A stretch of DNA of 63,964 nt, filler included, from an uncultured Acidimicrobiia bacterium (lineage in GTDB: Bacteria > Actinomycetota > Acidimicrobiia > Spongiisociales > JAOTWH01), in NCBI GenBank assembly GCA_964347285.1. It is 11 parts of 11 records of this genome, joined end to end, with 100 filler letters (N's around TTAATTAATTAA, not from the genome) between each part and the next. Parts side by side here need not be neighbours in the genome. Positions count along the whole stretch, not along the records: positions 6,312 to 12,457 come from CAYFYE010000125.1; positions 12,558 to 18,616 come from CAYFYE010000126.1; positions 18,717 to 24,710 come from CAYFYE010000127.1; 8 more parts are not named here. The stretch is one strand, 5' to 3'. Of the stretch, positions 9,004 to 20,046 are shown piece by piece. Every line of letters begins with the position of its first letter. The stretch's first letter is position 1. Under the pieces are notes generated by a model, which was given only the letters and a program-made list of their open reading frames with translations, did no database searches and was not told the origin of the DNA. Position numbers and translations under genes: made by a program.

Positions 9004-9278
9004 CAGGCCGGCCTCCGGGTCGCCCTGCCGACCCCGGATCGAACACACGCGGATCGATGTCTTCGAACGGCGCGTGGGACGGAAGGCCAATGGCCCCCCT
9101 TACTCCCCTGGAGGTGGAGGTGGCCCGAAGGACCGGGGGCGTCAGCTGGGTGGCGATGGGGGGTGGCGCTCCCCCTTTCTCGCCTTCCGGCCTGGTGCCC
9201 CCTCCGGAGGGAGGAACGCGGTTACGACGGGCCCTTCTTCCCTCGGTGGGAGCCTGTGGCGCTCCGTAGCCTGGAGTC

Positions 9279-10742
9279 GTGAAGCGGATCGGCGTGCTCA
9301 TCGTGGGCGGGCTGCTGCTGGTGGGGTGCGGGTCGCCGGCCGAGTCGGGGACGGTGGCTGCGCCGACGGTGAGACTGCTGTTTGCCGGCGACGTGATGCT
9401 GGCCGGCCGGGTGGCTCCAGTCGTAGCCACCGAAGGACCGGCTGTCTTCGAAGGAGCGCGGGCGGTCGTCTCGGGCGCCAATCTGGCCGTGGCCAACCTC
9501 GAGTCGCCGCTGACCACCCGGCCCGCCGCCACGGCAGGCCGCGACCTGCGCGCCGATCCGGCCGCGGCGGCGCTGCTGGCCGGCGCCGGGTTCGACGTCG
9601 TGGCGCTAGCCAACAACCACGCCGGGGACGCCGGCCCGGAGACCGTCGCCGACACCACCGCCGCAGTACGGGCCGCCGGCCTGGAGCCGATCGGCGCCGG
9701 TCTCGACGCCGCCGCAGCGGCCGCCCCGCTGATCGTGGAGCGGGGAGGCTTGCGGGTGGCCCTGCTGGCCTTCGACCTCACCGGAGCCGGCCCGGAGCCG
9801 GACGGCACCCGAGCGGGCGTCGCCCACTGGGACCCGGAGCTGGTCGCGGCGGCGGTCGAGGAGGCCCGCGCCGCCGCCGACCTGGTGGCGGTCGGGATCC
9901 ACGGCGGCGCCGAGTACCTGCCGGCTCCCGACCCGGCGCTCCAGGCTGCAGTGGCGGCCGCCGCCAAATGGGGCGCCGACGTGGTGTGGGCGCACGGCGC
10001 CCACGTCGCCTACCCAGTTGAGTTGATCGATCCCGATGCCGACGACCGGGGCACCGTGGCGGCCTACGGGCTTGGGAACTTCCTGTTCGACCAGGCCGGG
10101 CCCCGCACCGACACCGGGACGGTGATCGAGGTGCTGGCCGGGCGGGACGGAGTGCGGGCCTGGCGCTCCGGTCGGGTCGAGCACGGGGACCTGCGGGTGC
10201 GCTGGCAGGCCTGGGACCTTCCCAACCACCCGGCAGCTTGGCTCGCCGGGTCGTGGTGGTCGCTGGCTGTCGGCATCCGCCCCTCACCGGCCCGAGCCGT
10301 CGCAGACTTGCCGCAGCTCGGGGCCGGCGCCGAAGTGATCGCCCAAGCCCGCGGCGACCTCACCGGGGAGGACGCCGACGACGTGGTGGTGGCCTTCCGG
10401 CGGCCCTACCGGGAGACGCTCGTGAACCGGGCTTTCCCGATGCAGTGGCGAGACGCGGCCGGGCGCACCGCCCACCTGGGCGTATACGCAGCAGCGACCC
10501 TCGCCCCGCGCTGGGTGGCCGGTTCGCTGCCACGGCCGGTAGCGGCGCTGGCCGTCTGCGACGGGTCGTTGGCGGTCGGCTACTCGACGCTCGGCGACCC
10601 GGCGGTGGAGGCGGCGGCGGTCTGGGAGTGGAACGGTTTTGGGTTCACGGTCGGCACCCCGCTGCCGGGGGAGGGGAGCCCGGCCTGCGCCGATGTCGAC
10701 GGCGACGGACTGGGCGACCCGTTGGTGATCGACGGCCGGTGA
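9279..10742 (+). CDS. CapA-family metallophosphoesterase lipoprotein with extra C-terminal domain
   Basis: lipobox LLVGC; FAGDVML, ANLES, LANNHAGDAG, IHGG.EY, HGAHV, YGLGNFLFDQ. Confidence 0.88.
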   Translation: MKRIGVLIVGGLLLVGCGSPAESGTVAAPTVRLLFAGDVMLAGRVAPVVATEGPAVFEGARAVVSGANLAVANLESPLTTRPAATAGRDLRADPAAAALLAGAGFDVVALANNHAGDAGPETVADTTAAVRAAGLEPIGAGLDAAAAAAPLIVERGGLRVALLAFDLTGAGPEPDGTRAGVAHWDPELVAAAVEEARAAADLVAVGIHGGAEYLPAPDPALQAAVAAAAKWGADVVWAHGAHVAYPVELIDPDADDRGTVAAYGLGNFLFDQAGPRTDTGTVIEVLAGRDGVRAWRSGRVEHGDLRVRWQAWDLPNHPAAWLAGSWWSLAVGIRPSPARAVADLPQLGAGAEVIAQARGDLTGEDADDVVVAFRRPYRETLVNRAFPMQWRDAAGRTAHLGVYAAATLAPRWVAGSLPRPVAALAVCDGSLAVGYSTLGDPAVEAAAVWEWNGFGFTVGTPLPGEGSPACADVDGDGLGDPLVIDGR

Positions 10743-10854
10743 TAACGGGCATTGGGCCCTGGCAACCGCAGCCACCGACTCGTATCTTGAAGCTCGGGGA
10801 CGTGCCGCGCCTCGGGATACCCCGGGCAGCGTCCCCGTCCCAAAGGAGGGCGCC

Positions 10855-12457
10855 ATGAAGCGCAGCTTGCTGCTGCTGATGGTGATCTGCATGCTCGCCG
10901 CGTCGTGCACGGGGGGCGATACCACCGATACCACCGCCCCGGTCACGACGACCACCTCGACCACGACGACCACCGTCCCCGGCACGACCACGCCGACGAC
11001 CAGCCCACCGACCGACCTGACTGCACTGCTTGCGTCCCTGCCCCGACCGGGGGCAATGCCGGCCTTCGCCGATTTCCCGGAGATCCCGCTGCTCGGCGAC
11101 GCGCCTCCCTACGCCGGCCCGCCCACCCCCGGCAGCCTCGCCGACGTGCTCATTGCGCCTGCGCTGGCCGGTGAACTGGCCGACCCGGAGCTGCGGACCG
11201 CGCTGGCCGCCAACGGCTTCGCGGTGGCCCCCGCCTGGCCGGTGCTGTTCTATCAGGCCTACGAGCTGGTCGACTACGACCCGTACCCGGTGTTTGTCAC
11301 CACCGACACCGCCTATCACGTCTGGCACCTGGCCTTCAGCAAGGTGCTGCGGGAGGTGGAGCAGCAGCGGATGCTGCCGATCCTCGAGGAGCTGACCCTG
11401 GGTCTGCTCGCCGCGGCGGGCGACCAGCGCGCCGAGCTGGCAGGCACGCCGCTGGAGGAGACGGCCGTCCGGGTGGAGGAGTGGTTCCAGGCGGCGGCCA
11501 CGCTGCTCGGGCTCGACGCCGGCCCGCTAGGGGAGCGGCCGGCGGCCGAAGTCGAGTTGGCGAAGGAGGCCGTCGAGCTGACCACCTCCCCGGTCACCAG
11601 CTTCGCAGAGTGCCGCCCCGGGGCGTCGGCCGCCAACTGCGTCGACTATTCGCTGTTCAAGCCGCGGGGCCACTACACCCGCAACGACGAGCTGGAGCGC
11701 TACTTCAGGGCAATGTCGCTCTACGGGCAGACCGGCTTCTTCGCCGACCAGCCCGACTCGTTGCGGATCGGGGCACTGGTCGCCCGCCTCCTGGCGTCCG
11801 AGCCCGAGCTGGCGGCCCGCTGGCAGGAGATCTACGAGCCCACCGCCTTCCTGGTCGGCCTCGCCGACGACTACACCCCGTTCGAGTTGGCCGCCGTCGT
11901 CGAGCAGGCCTCCCCCGGGGCTCTCGCAGACCCCCTCCCGCTGGCCGAAGACGCCACCCTCGACGAGATCGGTCGGCGCTTGTTTGCCACCCGCGAGGTG
12001 CGGATCAACGTCGAGGCGGCCGCGGTCCGGGTGATGGGGGCGCGGTTCGTGATCGACTCGTTCGTGCTCGACCAGCTCGCCTGGCCGTACGTGGGCGAGC
12101 CGCCGCTCGAGCTACGCCGGGTACGGGTCTCGCCGCTCGACCTGGCCGCCGTCTTCGGCTCGGAGTTCGCCTATCGCCTCCAGGACGAGGCGGGCGAGAC
12201 CGCGTACCGCAACTACGACGCACAGCTCGAGGCAATGAAAGCCGAGCTGGCGGCCCGGACGACCACCGACTGGGCGGCCACGGTCTACGACGCCTGGCTG
12301 TATGCCCTGGCGCCCATGTGGGAGCCCAAGGGAGCCGCGCACCCCGACTTCATGCAGAGCGAGGCCTGGACCGCCAAGGCCCACCAGACCGGCTTCGGCT
12401 CCTACACCGAGCTGAAACACGACACCATCCTCTACGCCAAGCAGGGCTTCGCCGCCG
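10855..12457 (+). CDS. DUF3160-domain lipoprotein (3'-partial)
   Basis: lipobox LAASC; Thr-rich linker; FVTTD...H..F.K.LR..E, DYSLFKPRGHYT, GSYTELKHDTILYAKQ. Confidence 0.82.
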
Positions 12458-12557
12458 NNNNNNNNNNNNNNNNNNNNNNNNNNNNNNNNNNNNNNNNNNN
12501 NTTAATTAATTAANNNNNNNNNNNNNNNNNNNNNNNNNNNNNNNNNNNNNNNNNNNN

Positions 12558-13579
12558 GTCTCATCGAGGGCATCGCCGATAGCCGCCGCAAGGGCGTTGA
12601 CGTCGCCGACGGGCACTAGTCGGCCATAGCGTCCACCTGCGAGGATCTCCCGGGGACCGCTGGGACAGTCCGTCGAGACGATGCGCGCTCCACATCGAAG
12701 AGCCTCGACCAGCACCGTTGGTAAACCTTCCCATCGCGACGAGAGCACAAAGAGGGAAGCTCGAGCCATGTATGCGTAGGGATTGTCGACGAACGGATGC
12801 AGGTCGAGTTCGGCATGGACTCCCAATTCCTTTGCCAACGCCTCGAGCGCCGGGTGCTCGGAACCTTCACCGAGAATGACCAACCGCACCATGCGCCGTT
12901 CCCGTACCTTCGCAAAAGCCCGTATCAAAGTCGGGAAGTCCTTTTGGGGCCGTAGCCGTCCGGCCGCCATCACGACTGGATCGCCATCCCGGAACCATGG
13001 ATGATCGACGGGCTCACGCGCCATGATGGCGATGTCGTCGGTCACGATCGGGTTGTAGACGACCCGGATCCGATGGTCGGGAAGGCGCGTGATGTGGCGC
13101 AGATCGTCGGCCACACCAGCGGAGTTACCGATGACATAGTCGGCCCACGGATAGAAGCGCTTCATGAGCCAGGGCATGAGGCGGCCCCGCAGCGTGGACG
13201 CATGCCGAGCCGATTTGGACACCGTGTTCTGGTCGATCACGATCGCTCGCATCGGAACCCTTGCCAGCCGTCGCGCCCACAACGCCACCACGTTGGCGTA
13301 CTCCCACGTGGCCACCAACGCGTCCGGTTTCTTGGATCGGAGATACCTCACTAACCCCGGCAAACTCGTTGCCACCCGTCGAGCATCCAGATCGACGAGT
13401 CCCACCCCTTCCGAAACCTGATCGAGGTATGGCCCCTCTGCCCGCGCCAGGACCAGGTCGACCTCGTGGCCCCGGCCGGCGAGGCCATGGGCCAGTTTGA
13501 GCATCGCCCGCTCTGCACCGCCGCCTGCCATCGAAGGAACGAAGATGGCAAACCGACGTGACGGATCAGCCACGAACAC
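12558..13579 (-). CDS. GT4 glycosyltransferase (3'-partial)
   Basis: GGGAER, AGRL.PQKDF..LIRAF, NPYAYM...LFVLSSRWEGLPTVLVEA, STDCPSGPREIL. Confidence 0.92.
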
Positions 13580-13996
13580 TCCGCGAGAGAGCCATCACCT
13601 GCGCGATCGAGGTTAACGACCAAAAGGGCCGCCCACGCATCACATCGTGGCAGCTCGCGACCCCAGGAGGCCGGCGGGCTTCCGGGCATCGACGAGCCGA
13701 TGGGCGTCCCTGCCGATGCGCCGGGAGCGAGCCTTGCCCGTGAAGATCGAGGTCTTCAGCACAGGGTCTGTCACGCCGATGCAGTAATCGTTGTCGGCAA
13801 GGGCCTCGTCCGTGATATCCGGATTGTTCGCAGGAACGCCTAGCCACCTGGGCGTGAGTGACTGCCTCGCCACGGCGCAACAAGAGCTCCAATCGACAGA
13901 ATGCCTGGTACAGGCCATGACCAGCGGGCCGGGACGGGAGCCGCTTCGCTCGACGCCCTATCGGGACGATCCGGCGCAGCGCAGGGTCAGGTCCAG

Positions 13997-15106
13997 ATGA
14001 CCCGCCTGGCCTACATCGTGACGCGCTCCCACCACGGAGGTGCCCAGGCCCATGTTGCTGCGCTCATCGGCTACTTCCGCCACATCTACGACGTGCATCT
14101 GGCGACCGGCGACGAGGGGTACCTGACGGAGGTGGTCGGGGGGTGGGGGGTGCCGGTGACGATCATCCCCCACCTCCGCCCCGAGCTCTCGCCCTTCGCG
14201 CTCGCCGACGACATGCGGGCCGGGGGGGAGATCTGGCGGTGGCTGGGAGAGATCCGGCCGGCAATTCTGCACGCTCACTCTTCAAAGGCCGGAGGGCTGG
14301 GGCGATACGCAGCCCGTTTTCGCGGCATTCCAACCGTCTTCACGGCTCACGGGTGGGCATTCACCGAGGGAGTGCCCCGCGCCCAAAAGCTGGTGATGCT
14401 CCCCGCCGAGTGGTGTGTGTCACGCGTCACGGACTCGATCATCACCGTGTCCCAAGCGGACCACGATCTGGCACGGCGCTTCAAGCTGCGGCCACGACGC
14501 CGGCTCGTCACGATCCACAATGGGATAGGGCAGGATGCGCCCAGCCGTTCCCTCGAACTCGGAAGCACGGTACACCTGGTCTGCGTGGCGCGATTCTCAC
14601 CGCAGAAGCATCAATCTCTCCTCGTCCGCGCCCTGGCGGCAGTCGCCGGGGACTGGCGTCTCACGTTCGTGGGCGAGGGACCGTTGGAAAACGACGTGCA
14701 GCAGCTCGCTCGAGAAAACGGACTCGGCGAGCGAATCGAGTTTCTGGGGGCCCGAGACGACGTCGCGGAAATCCTGGCCCGCTCGGACATCTTCGTCTTG
14801 CCCTCCAATTGGGAAGGGTTTCCTTTGACGATTCTGGAGGCGATGCGGGCAGGCCTCCCGGTGATTGCCTCAGACGTCGGAGGGGTGCGCGAGGCAGTTG
14901 CCGACGGAGACACTGGATATCTGATCCCTCGGGGTGACGCTCGAGCATGGAGCGAGCGGCTGAGCAGCGTCATTCAGGATTCCGACTTGCGCACCACTCT
15001 CGGGGAGCGAGCCCGCGAGACCTTCCTCGAGCAGTTTGTCGAAACGAAGATGTTCGCCCGGGTGCACAAGGTCTACTCAGAGATCGAACACGCGAACGCC
15101 GGCTGA
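13997..15106 (+). CDS. GT4 glycosyltransferase
   Basis: GGAQAHV, HAHSSKAG, FTAHGW, VARFSPQK, FVLPSNWEGFPLTILEAM...PVIASDVGG; start placed at MTRLAY. Confidence 0.92.
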   Translation: MTRLAYIVTRSHHGGAQAHVAALIGYFRHIYDVHLATGDEGYLTEVVGGWGVPVTIIPHLRPELSPFALADDMRAGGEIWRWLGEIRPAILHAHSSKAGGLGRYAARFRGIPTVFTAHGWAFTEGVPRAQKLVMLPAEWCVSRVTDSIITVSQADHDLARRFKLRPRRRLVTIHNGIGQDAPSRSLELGSTVHLVCVARFSPQKHQSLLVRALAAVAGDWRLTFVGEGPLENDVQQLARENGLGERIEFLGARDDVAEILARSDIFVLPSNWEGFPLTILEAMRAGLPVIASDVGGVREAVADGDTGYLIPRGDARAWSERLSSVIQDSDLRTTLGERARETFLEQFVETKMFARVHKVYSEIEHANAG

Positions 15107-15178
15107 CCCGTCCGGGAGCCTCGAACTGCGGCCCCCGCCGAGAACCCCTTGGCTATCCATCGGCAGGACCTCCGGTTT

Positions 15179-16312
15179 CTACGCCCGGCACAACTCTCGA
15201 TAGATCTCGTCGTAGGCAGCCAGCATCTTTTCGAGGCCGAACCGATCGATCACCTGGCGGCGACACCGCCTCCCTACCTCGGCTCGTTCTTCCGGGTCGA
15301 GGGCGGCAAAGCGTTCGATCTCTCGAGCAAAGCCGGCCACATCCCCGGGAGGAATGAGGGGGACGAAGTCGGCTCCGGCAGCAAGCTCCCGATGGGGAGG
15401 GATATCGGAAAGCACGACCGGTAACCCGGCCGCCATCGCCTCCAGCACGGCGACGGGCAGGCCCTCACCGTGGGATGGAGATACATACAGATCGCTCGAC
15501 AGCAGCCGGCGATACACGTCGTCCCTGGGGATGAGCCCGGTCAATTCCACTGTTCTGCCTGCGGCGACCGTCGACTCCCGGCCGACTTCATCTCGGAGCG
15601 GCCCCTCTCCGACGAAGACGAGGGCCGAGCCGTCCACCCCGGCAGACGAGAACGCCCCCAGCAGCGCCAAGGGATCCTTCACGGGCGTCAGGCGATTCAC
15701 CGAGATCACCACGAAGCGGTTGTCTGTTCGAGGGGGTGTCGATGCCGTCACCTCATCCAGCCGTGAGACATCGAGGGCGTTGGCAACAACGCTGTGCCGC
15801 CGCCCTGCCAGTCGCCTGAAGGATTTGGGGAAGCTGGCACGACTGGACTCGCTGCAGAAGACGACCTTCCGAAAGAACGCGAAAACCGGCACGAGCATGG
15901 CCTTATGACGAAGCCCGTAGTCGTGGAACGAATCCAAAACCGTGAAGACCGTCGGAGTCCGCACCCTCGTCCCCGGCATGACCAGGCGGCGGCCGAGTTC
16001 TACGAGGAGCAACAGGCCTACGTGGGGTGAGTGAGCGTGGATGATGTCGTACGGACCGGCGTCGAGCGCCCGCCGAAGTGCGGCGAGGAAGCCCCGCACC
16101 GTTCCGTTCCCCTCGAACGCTGCGACCCGGTCGGAGATCGGCACCATCGCCGGATAGAAGGTGCAGACGCCGATGTCTTTGTACTTGGACTCCGGCAGTG
16201 CGTGCTGGTTGTAGGGCCCGCTGGTCTCACCCAGGGTGATCATCACGTGGAGGGTGCGCGAGCACCGCCCGGCCGGATCGCCCTGTTCGCCGTTCTTTCC
16301 CAACCGGGTCAA
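15179..16312 (-). CDS. GT4 glycosyltransferase
   Basis: NRLTPVKD, YVSPSHGEGLPVAVLEAMAAGLPVVLSDIP; start position uncertain. Confidence 0.88.
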   Translation of the reverse strand: MTRLGKNGEQGDPAGRCSRTLHVMITLGETSGPYNQHALPESKYKDIGVCTFYPAMVPISDRVAAFEGNGTVRGFLAALRRALDAGPYDIIHAHSPHVGLLLLVELGRRLVMPGTRVRTPTVFTVLDSFHDYGLRHKAMLVPVFAFFRKVVFCSESSRASFPKSFRRLAGRRHSVVANALDVSRLDEVTASTPPRTDNRFVVISVNRLTPVKDPLALLGAFSSAGVDGSALVFVGEGPLRDEVGRESTVAAGRTVELTGLIPRDDVYRRLLSSDLYVSPSHGEGLPVAVLEAMAAGLPVVLSDIPPHRELAAGADFVPLIPPGDVAGFAREIERFAALDPEERAEVGRRCRRQVIDRFGLEKMLAAYDEIYRELCRA

Positions 16313-17042
16313 CTGCCGCCTCTTCCGTCCTACCTCACCTGCGTGGCCACGGTCTCGGTCGTCCCACCGGGGGCAGGGGCCTTCTCAACCATCGGCCCAT
16401 CCCCCCTTCGGGCAGGAGCCTACCACGGCACCCTCCTCGCCAAGACCACCCTGAGTGACCGTCCCCGACGGCCGGACCGGCCCAACGGTGAGGGGCCGGC
16501 GCCGAAACTGGCCGGTTCGCCCCTCTGTTCCTCTTCGAGGGGTCGCTCGGCAACCGTCGGACGTGGCGCCGGCCCTTTTGCCGCAGCCGGGCGCCGCCAC
16601 CGTGGTTTCCCAAGGACGATCGCCGCACCGGGTACCGGGCACCGCCACCGACGGAGTGGCCGGCGTGAATCGACCGCCCCCTGAGGCGTCGGGTACGAAA
16701 GGAGCTGTGAATAAAGGGCTCGGCGACGATCCCCTGGAGACTGCCGACCCTGCTTCTCCACGGTTGGGCAGGGTCGTGGTTCGTCGTCGGCGTCATCGGC
16801 GCGGCCCCGCCAACCGCTCGTTGGGTTCGACCGGCTTCCGGTCCCGGTCGCCCAGATGGAGCGTCTCCCTTCGCAGCTGGGGGCGGGTGGTCGGGACTCG
16901 TCCTTCCGACGCAATTCGGCGAATTCCCCGGGCCGGGCGACAATCGGCGATCCCGTCAGAACCCGCTACTTAAAGTAGTAACCTAGGTCCACACTCCTGG
17001 ATCCGTGACGCGGGCGGAACGACCGAGACCGGGGACGACTGT

Positions 17043-18518
17043 ATGGCTGAAAGCCTTTCACCGCTGACGCTGGTGCGCCGGCTGTGCGACGAGCTCGCGG
17101 AGAACAACATCAACTACTGCCACTGGAAGAGCAACGAGGCGATCGATCGCTCGGCTTCGGGCGACAACGACCTCGACCTGCTCGTGCACCGGTCCGACGC
17201 TGGGCGATTCACCGAGATCTTGTTCCGGCTCGGCTTCAAGCAGCTGCAGGCACCCGCCGAGCGGTGGATGCCCGGCGTCCAGGATTATTACGGGTACGAC
17301 GCCGACGCCGACAAATTCGTCCACGTACAGCCGCACTACCAGCTCATCCTCGGCCACGATCGCACCAAGAACTACCGACTGCCGATCGAGGCGGCGTACC
17401 TCTCCTCGGCCACGCGGTCGGGCCTGTTCAGACTCCCCGCGCCCGAGTTCGAGTACGTCGTCTTCGTCATTCGCATGACCCTCAAGCACGCAACGTGGGA
17501 CGCGCTGGCGGGGGGCCAGGGCAACCTCTCTATCAGCGAGGAACGCGAGTTGGCCTACCTCGAGGAGCGGGTCGACCCCGATCGAGTTTCGGACGTGCTC
17601 GCAAAGCACCTTCCCTTCATCAACCTGGACCTGTTCGAAGAGTGCCTCGCTGCGATCCGGCCCGGCCTTGTGGCGCGCGAGCGAGCCCGCGCAGCCCGTC
17701 ACCTCGAGAGGAGCCTCGAAGGTCATGCACGGCGCGGGCGGGCAGTGGACGCCTACCTCCGGATGTGGCGCAGAGCCGTCCTCGCCTTCAAGAACCGCGT
17801 CTTGCACCGCAAACCGAAGTACCGGCTTGCATCCGGGGGCGGGATCATCGCCATCCTCGGAGGCGACGGGGCGGGCAAGTCCACGGCCGTAGAGGACCTG
17901 TATCGCTGGCTGGCCGGCGATCTCGACGTGCGCCGGGTCCACCTCGGGAAACCGCCAAAGTCGTTGAGGACCACAGCCGTGAATGGAGTGCTGCGCATCG
18001 CGCGAGCGGTCTGGCCCGGCGCGAAGGCCGGCCACGTGCCACCGTTGTCACACGACGGCCCACTCGATCTCGCCGGATACACCCGGTTGGCCTGGCTCAC
18101 CGGCACCGCCCACGACCGGCTTCGCGAGTACCGCAAGGCGCGTCGATTCGCCATAAACGGGGGCCTCGTGATCTCCGATCGCTACCCCCACCCGTCGGTA
18201 CGACTGATGGAGGCACCGCAGATCAACAGGCTCATGGAGGGTAAGCCGACCGAACGACTGGCAAGGGGCTTGGCCGGATTGGAGGAGCGATACCATCGTG
18301 CGATCGGGCAGCCCGAAGCGGTGGCCGTGCTCAAGGTCCATCCGGAGATCGCGGTGCAGCGCAAGACCGACGAGACCGCCGACTCGGTACGCACTCGATC
18401 CGGGGAGATCTGGCAGGTGGATTGGCGGGACACATCCGTTCACGTCGTCGACGCCAGTCAACCCAGAGAAGAAGTGCTCACCGAGTTGAAGGCGTGGGTC
18501 TGGTCGGTGCTGGAGTAG
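17043..18518 (+). CDS. fusion of nucleotidyltransferase-like domain and thymidylate-kinase-like P-loop domain
   Basis: N-terminal HWKSN...SASGDNDLDLLV (G-[DS]-x-DxD); C-terminal GGDGAGKST and VISDRY. Confidence 0.75.
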   Translation: MAESLSPLTLVRRLCDELAENNINYCHWKSNEAIDRSASGDNDLDLLVHRSDAGRFTEILFRLGFKQLQAPAERWMPGVQDYYGYDADADKFVHVQPHYQLILGHDRTKNYRLPIEAAYLSSATRSGLFRLPAPEFEYVVFVIRMTLKHATWDALAGGQGNLSISEERELAYLEERVDPDRVSDVLAKHLPFINLDLFEECLAAIRPGLVARERARAARHLERSLEGHARRGRAVDAYLRMWRRAVLAFKNRVLHRKPKYRLASGGGIIAILGGDGAGKSTAVEDLYRWLAGDLDVRRVHLGKPPKSLRTTAVNGVLRIARAVWPGAKAGHVPPLSHDGPLDLAGYTRLAWLTGTAHDRLREYRKARRFAINGGLVISDRYPHPSVRLMEAPQINRLMEGKPTERLARGLAGLEERYHRAIGQPEAVAVLKVHPEIAVQRKTDETADSVRTRSGEIWQVDWRDTSVHVVDASQPREEVLTELKAWVWSVLE

Positions 18519-18520
18519 CC

Positions 18521-18616
18521 GTGTCGAATCGACCACAGCCGGGCCGGCCCTTCCTCGTGGAGGTCATCGGTGTCGCCGGTGCCGGCAAATCCACCTTGAC
18601 TCGCCTGCTCAGCCAC
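18521..18616 (+). CDS. P-loop kinase-like protein (3'-partial)
   Basis: GTG 2 nt after the previous stop; VEVIGVAGAGKSTL Walker A. Confidence 0.6.
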
Positions 18617-18716
18617 NNNNNNNNNNNNNNNNNNNNNNNNNNNNNNNNNNNNNNNNNNNNTTAATTAATTAANNNNNNNNNNNNNNNNNNNNNNNNNNNN
18701 NNNNNNNNNNNNNNNN

Positions 18717-19618
18717 GCCTCCTCGAACCGCGACGGGAAGATGAACTCGTGGCTCCACACCGCATGCCAGCCGAACTCCCGCTGGTAGGGCTTCACCCGC
18801 TCCTCGAGGAACTTCTTGCCGCGCTCGGTCGTGCCCAGGGCGGCCAGTGCGTCCGTTCCGGTCTCCACATCGAAGGCGGTCGACAGCTCGGAGTCGCCCT
18901 TGACCTCCTCCTTCATCTTCCACAGCGCCTCGATGGAGTCCCAGTTGCGGTCCTTGGCCGAGTTCTGAAGCCGACCCAGCAGCTCCTCGTCGACCTCGCC
19001 GCGCACCTCCTCCATGACCGCCCTCAGATTGAGCGTCGCCGACAGCTGCGAGAAGTTGAGCATCCAGTGGATCTTCCAGTGCCGATCGTGGATGTCCATC
19101 CCGTCTTCGATCAGGGTGGCCAGCTCCATCATCGACATCTCGTCCTGGCGATCCAGCGCCGCCTCCAGATAGTCGAAGTTGCGCTGCATCTCCGGGACCA
19201 GGCGCTCCCGCCACCAGTCGGCGAAGTGCTCCCCGTAGGTGGGCAGCACCGCATTCAGGTAGGTGCCGATCTTCTCGGCGTACTGCGGATCGTCCTTGGG
19301 AATCCGGGGCACGTAGCGGTTCCCGTACTCCATCGCCTCGATCTTGGCGTCGGGATCCGCCGGTACAGCGGCGGTGTAGAGGTACCCGTTCACGTTCTTG
19401 GCAATCCAGTCGGAGGCGAACGGGGTCCCGAAGCGGCGGAACATGTGATCGCAGGTGAGCCACCACCCGCCGATGTCGAAGTACATCGGGGAGAGCGGCT
19501 GGGGGCAGTGCAGGTCGTCGTAGACCCAGAACAGCCCCTTTTCCTCCTCCGAGTCCCACTGGACCGGGAATTCCTCGTCGCCGAGGAACTGCTTGATCAC
19601 TTTGCTCGTGTCTGCCAT
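18717..19618 (-). CDS. PEP-utilising-enzyme family protein, N-terminal substrate-binding part (3'-partial)
   Basis: W.YDDLHCPQPLSPM, NVNGYLY, ...YQREFGW pattern resembles PEP-utiliser/rifampin-phosphotransferase-like substrate domains; phospho-His domain would lie beyond the contig end. Confidence 0.6.
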
Positions 19619-20046
19619 TGGCATCCTCTCCTCTCGTCGAGACTCTCTCGGGCAACGGGCGCCGGCCTCGTTGCCGTCCGCCCTCGTCCTCCTGCTAGCT
19701 CCTGATCTCCCTGGGCGCCGTCCGGCCCGGCGACGGCTCCTCTGGGCCACGGAACGATGATGTCGTCATGGCCTGATGCTCCCGATCGGCCGGGCGACCA
19801 CGAGTGGGGCTGCCGGCGTCACGTGAATGGAGATGTCAGTCACACCCTCCCCCGCCAAACCCCGGCTCATCGATAATCGATGAGCCTACGCGACTCGTGA
19901 TCTCGGTGTCACCCATGCCGCCCTCGGCACCGTCCCACCAGAACCTACACGACGATCGCGGCGGCTGCGAAGTCGCGCTCTCTCCGGCCCCGTCGCCGGG
20001 TTCGGACATTGGCGCCGTGCGGACGGTCCTGCGATATTGGCCGGGT

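Noticed and set aside
9100..9260. GC-rich imperfect palindromes upstream of the CapA gene as a riboswitch or REP
   Set aside because: No riboswitch consensus and no second copy in the window.
8204..9967. 587-aa minus-strand ORF and many similar long overlapping ORFs (e.g. 26667-28451, 44386-46143, 46092-47666, 56107-57741)
   Set aside because: Antisense or off-frame shadows typical of high-GC DNA; they are Arg/Pro/Gly-rich, lack motifs and overlap well-supported genes. Only the last 111 aa of 8204-9967 is the HypA-like gene.
13640..13918. Short minus-strand ORF between glycosyltransferases as a gene remnant
   Set aside because: Any similarity to a GT C-terminus is too weak to support by eye.
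16313..17042. 730-bp gap between divergent genes as an ncRNA or hidden gene
   Set aside because: No recognisable RNA motif or credible protein was seen; it is compatible with a long divergent promoter region. An Rfam scan would be needed.
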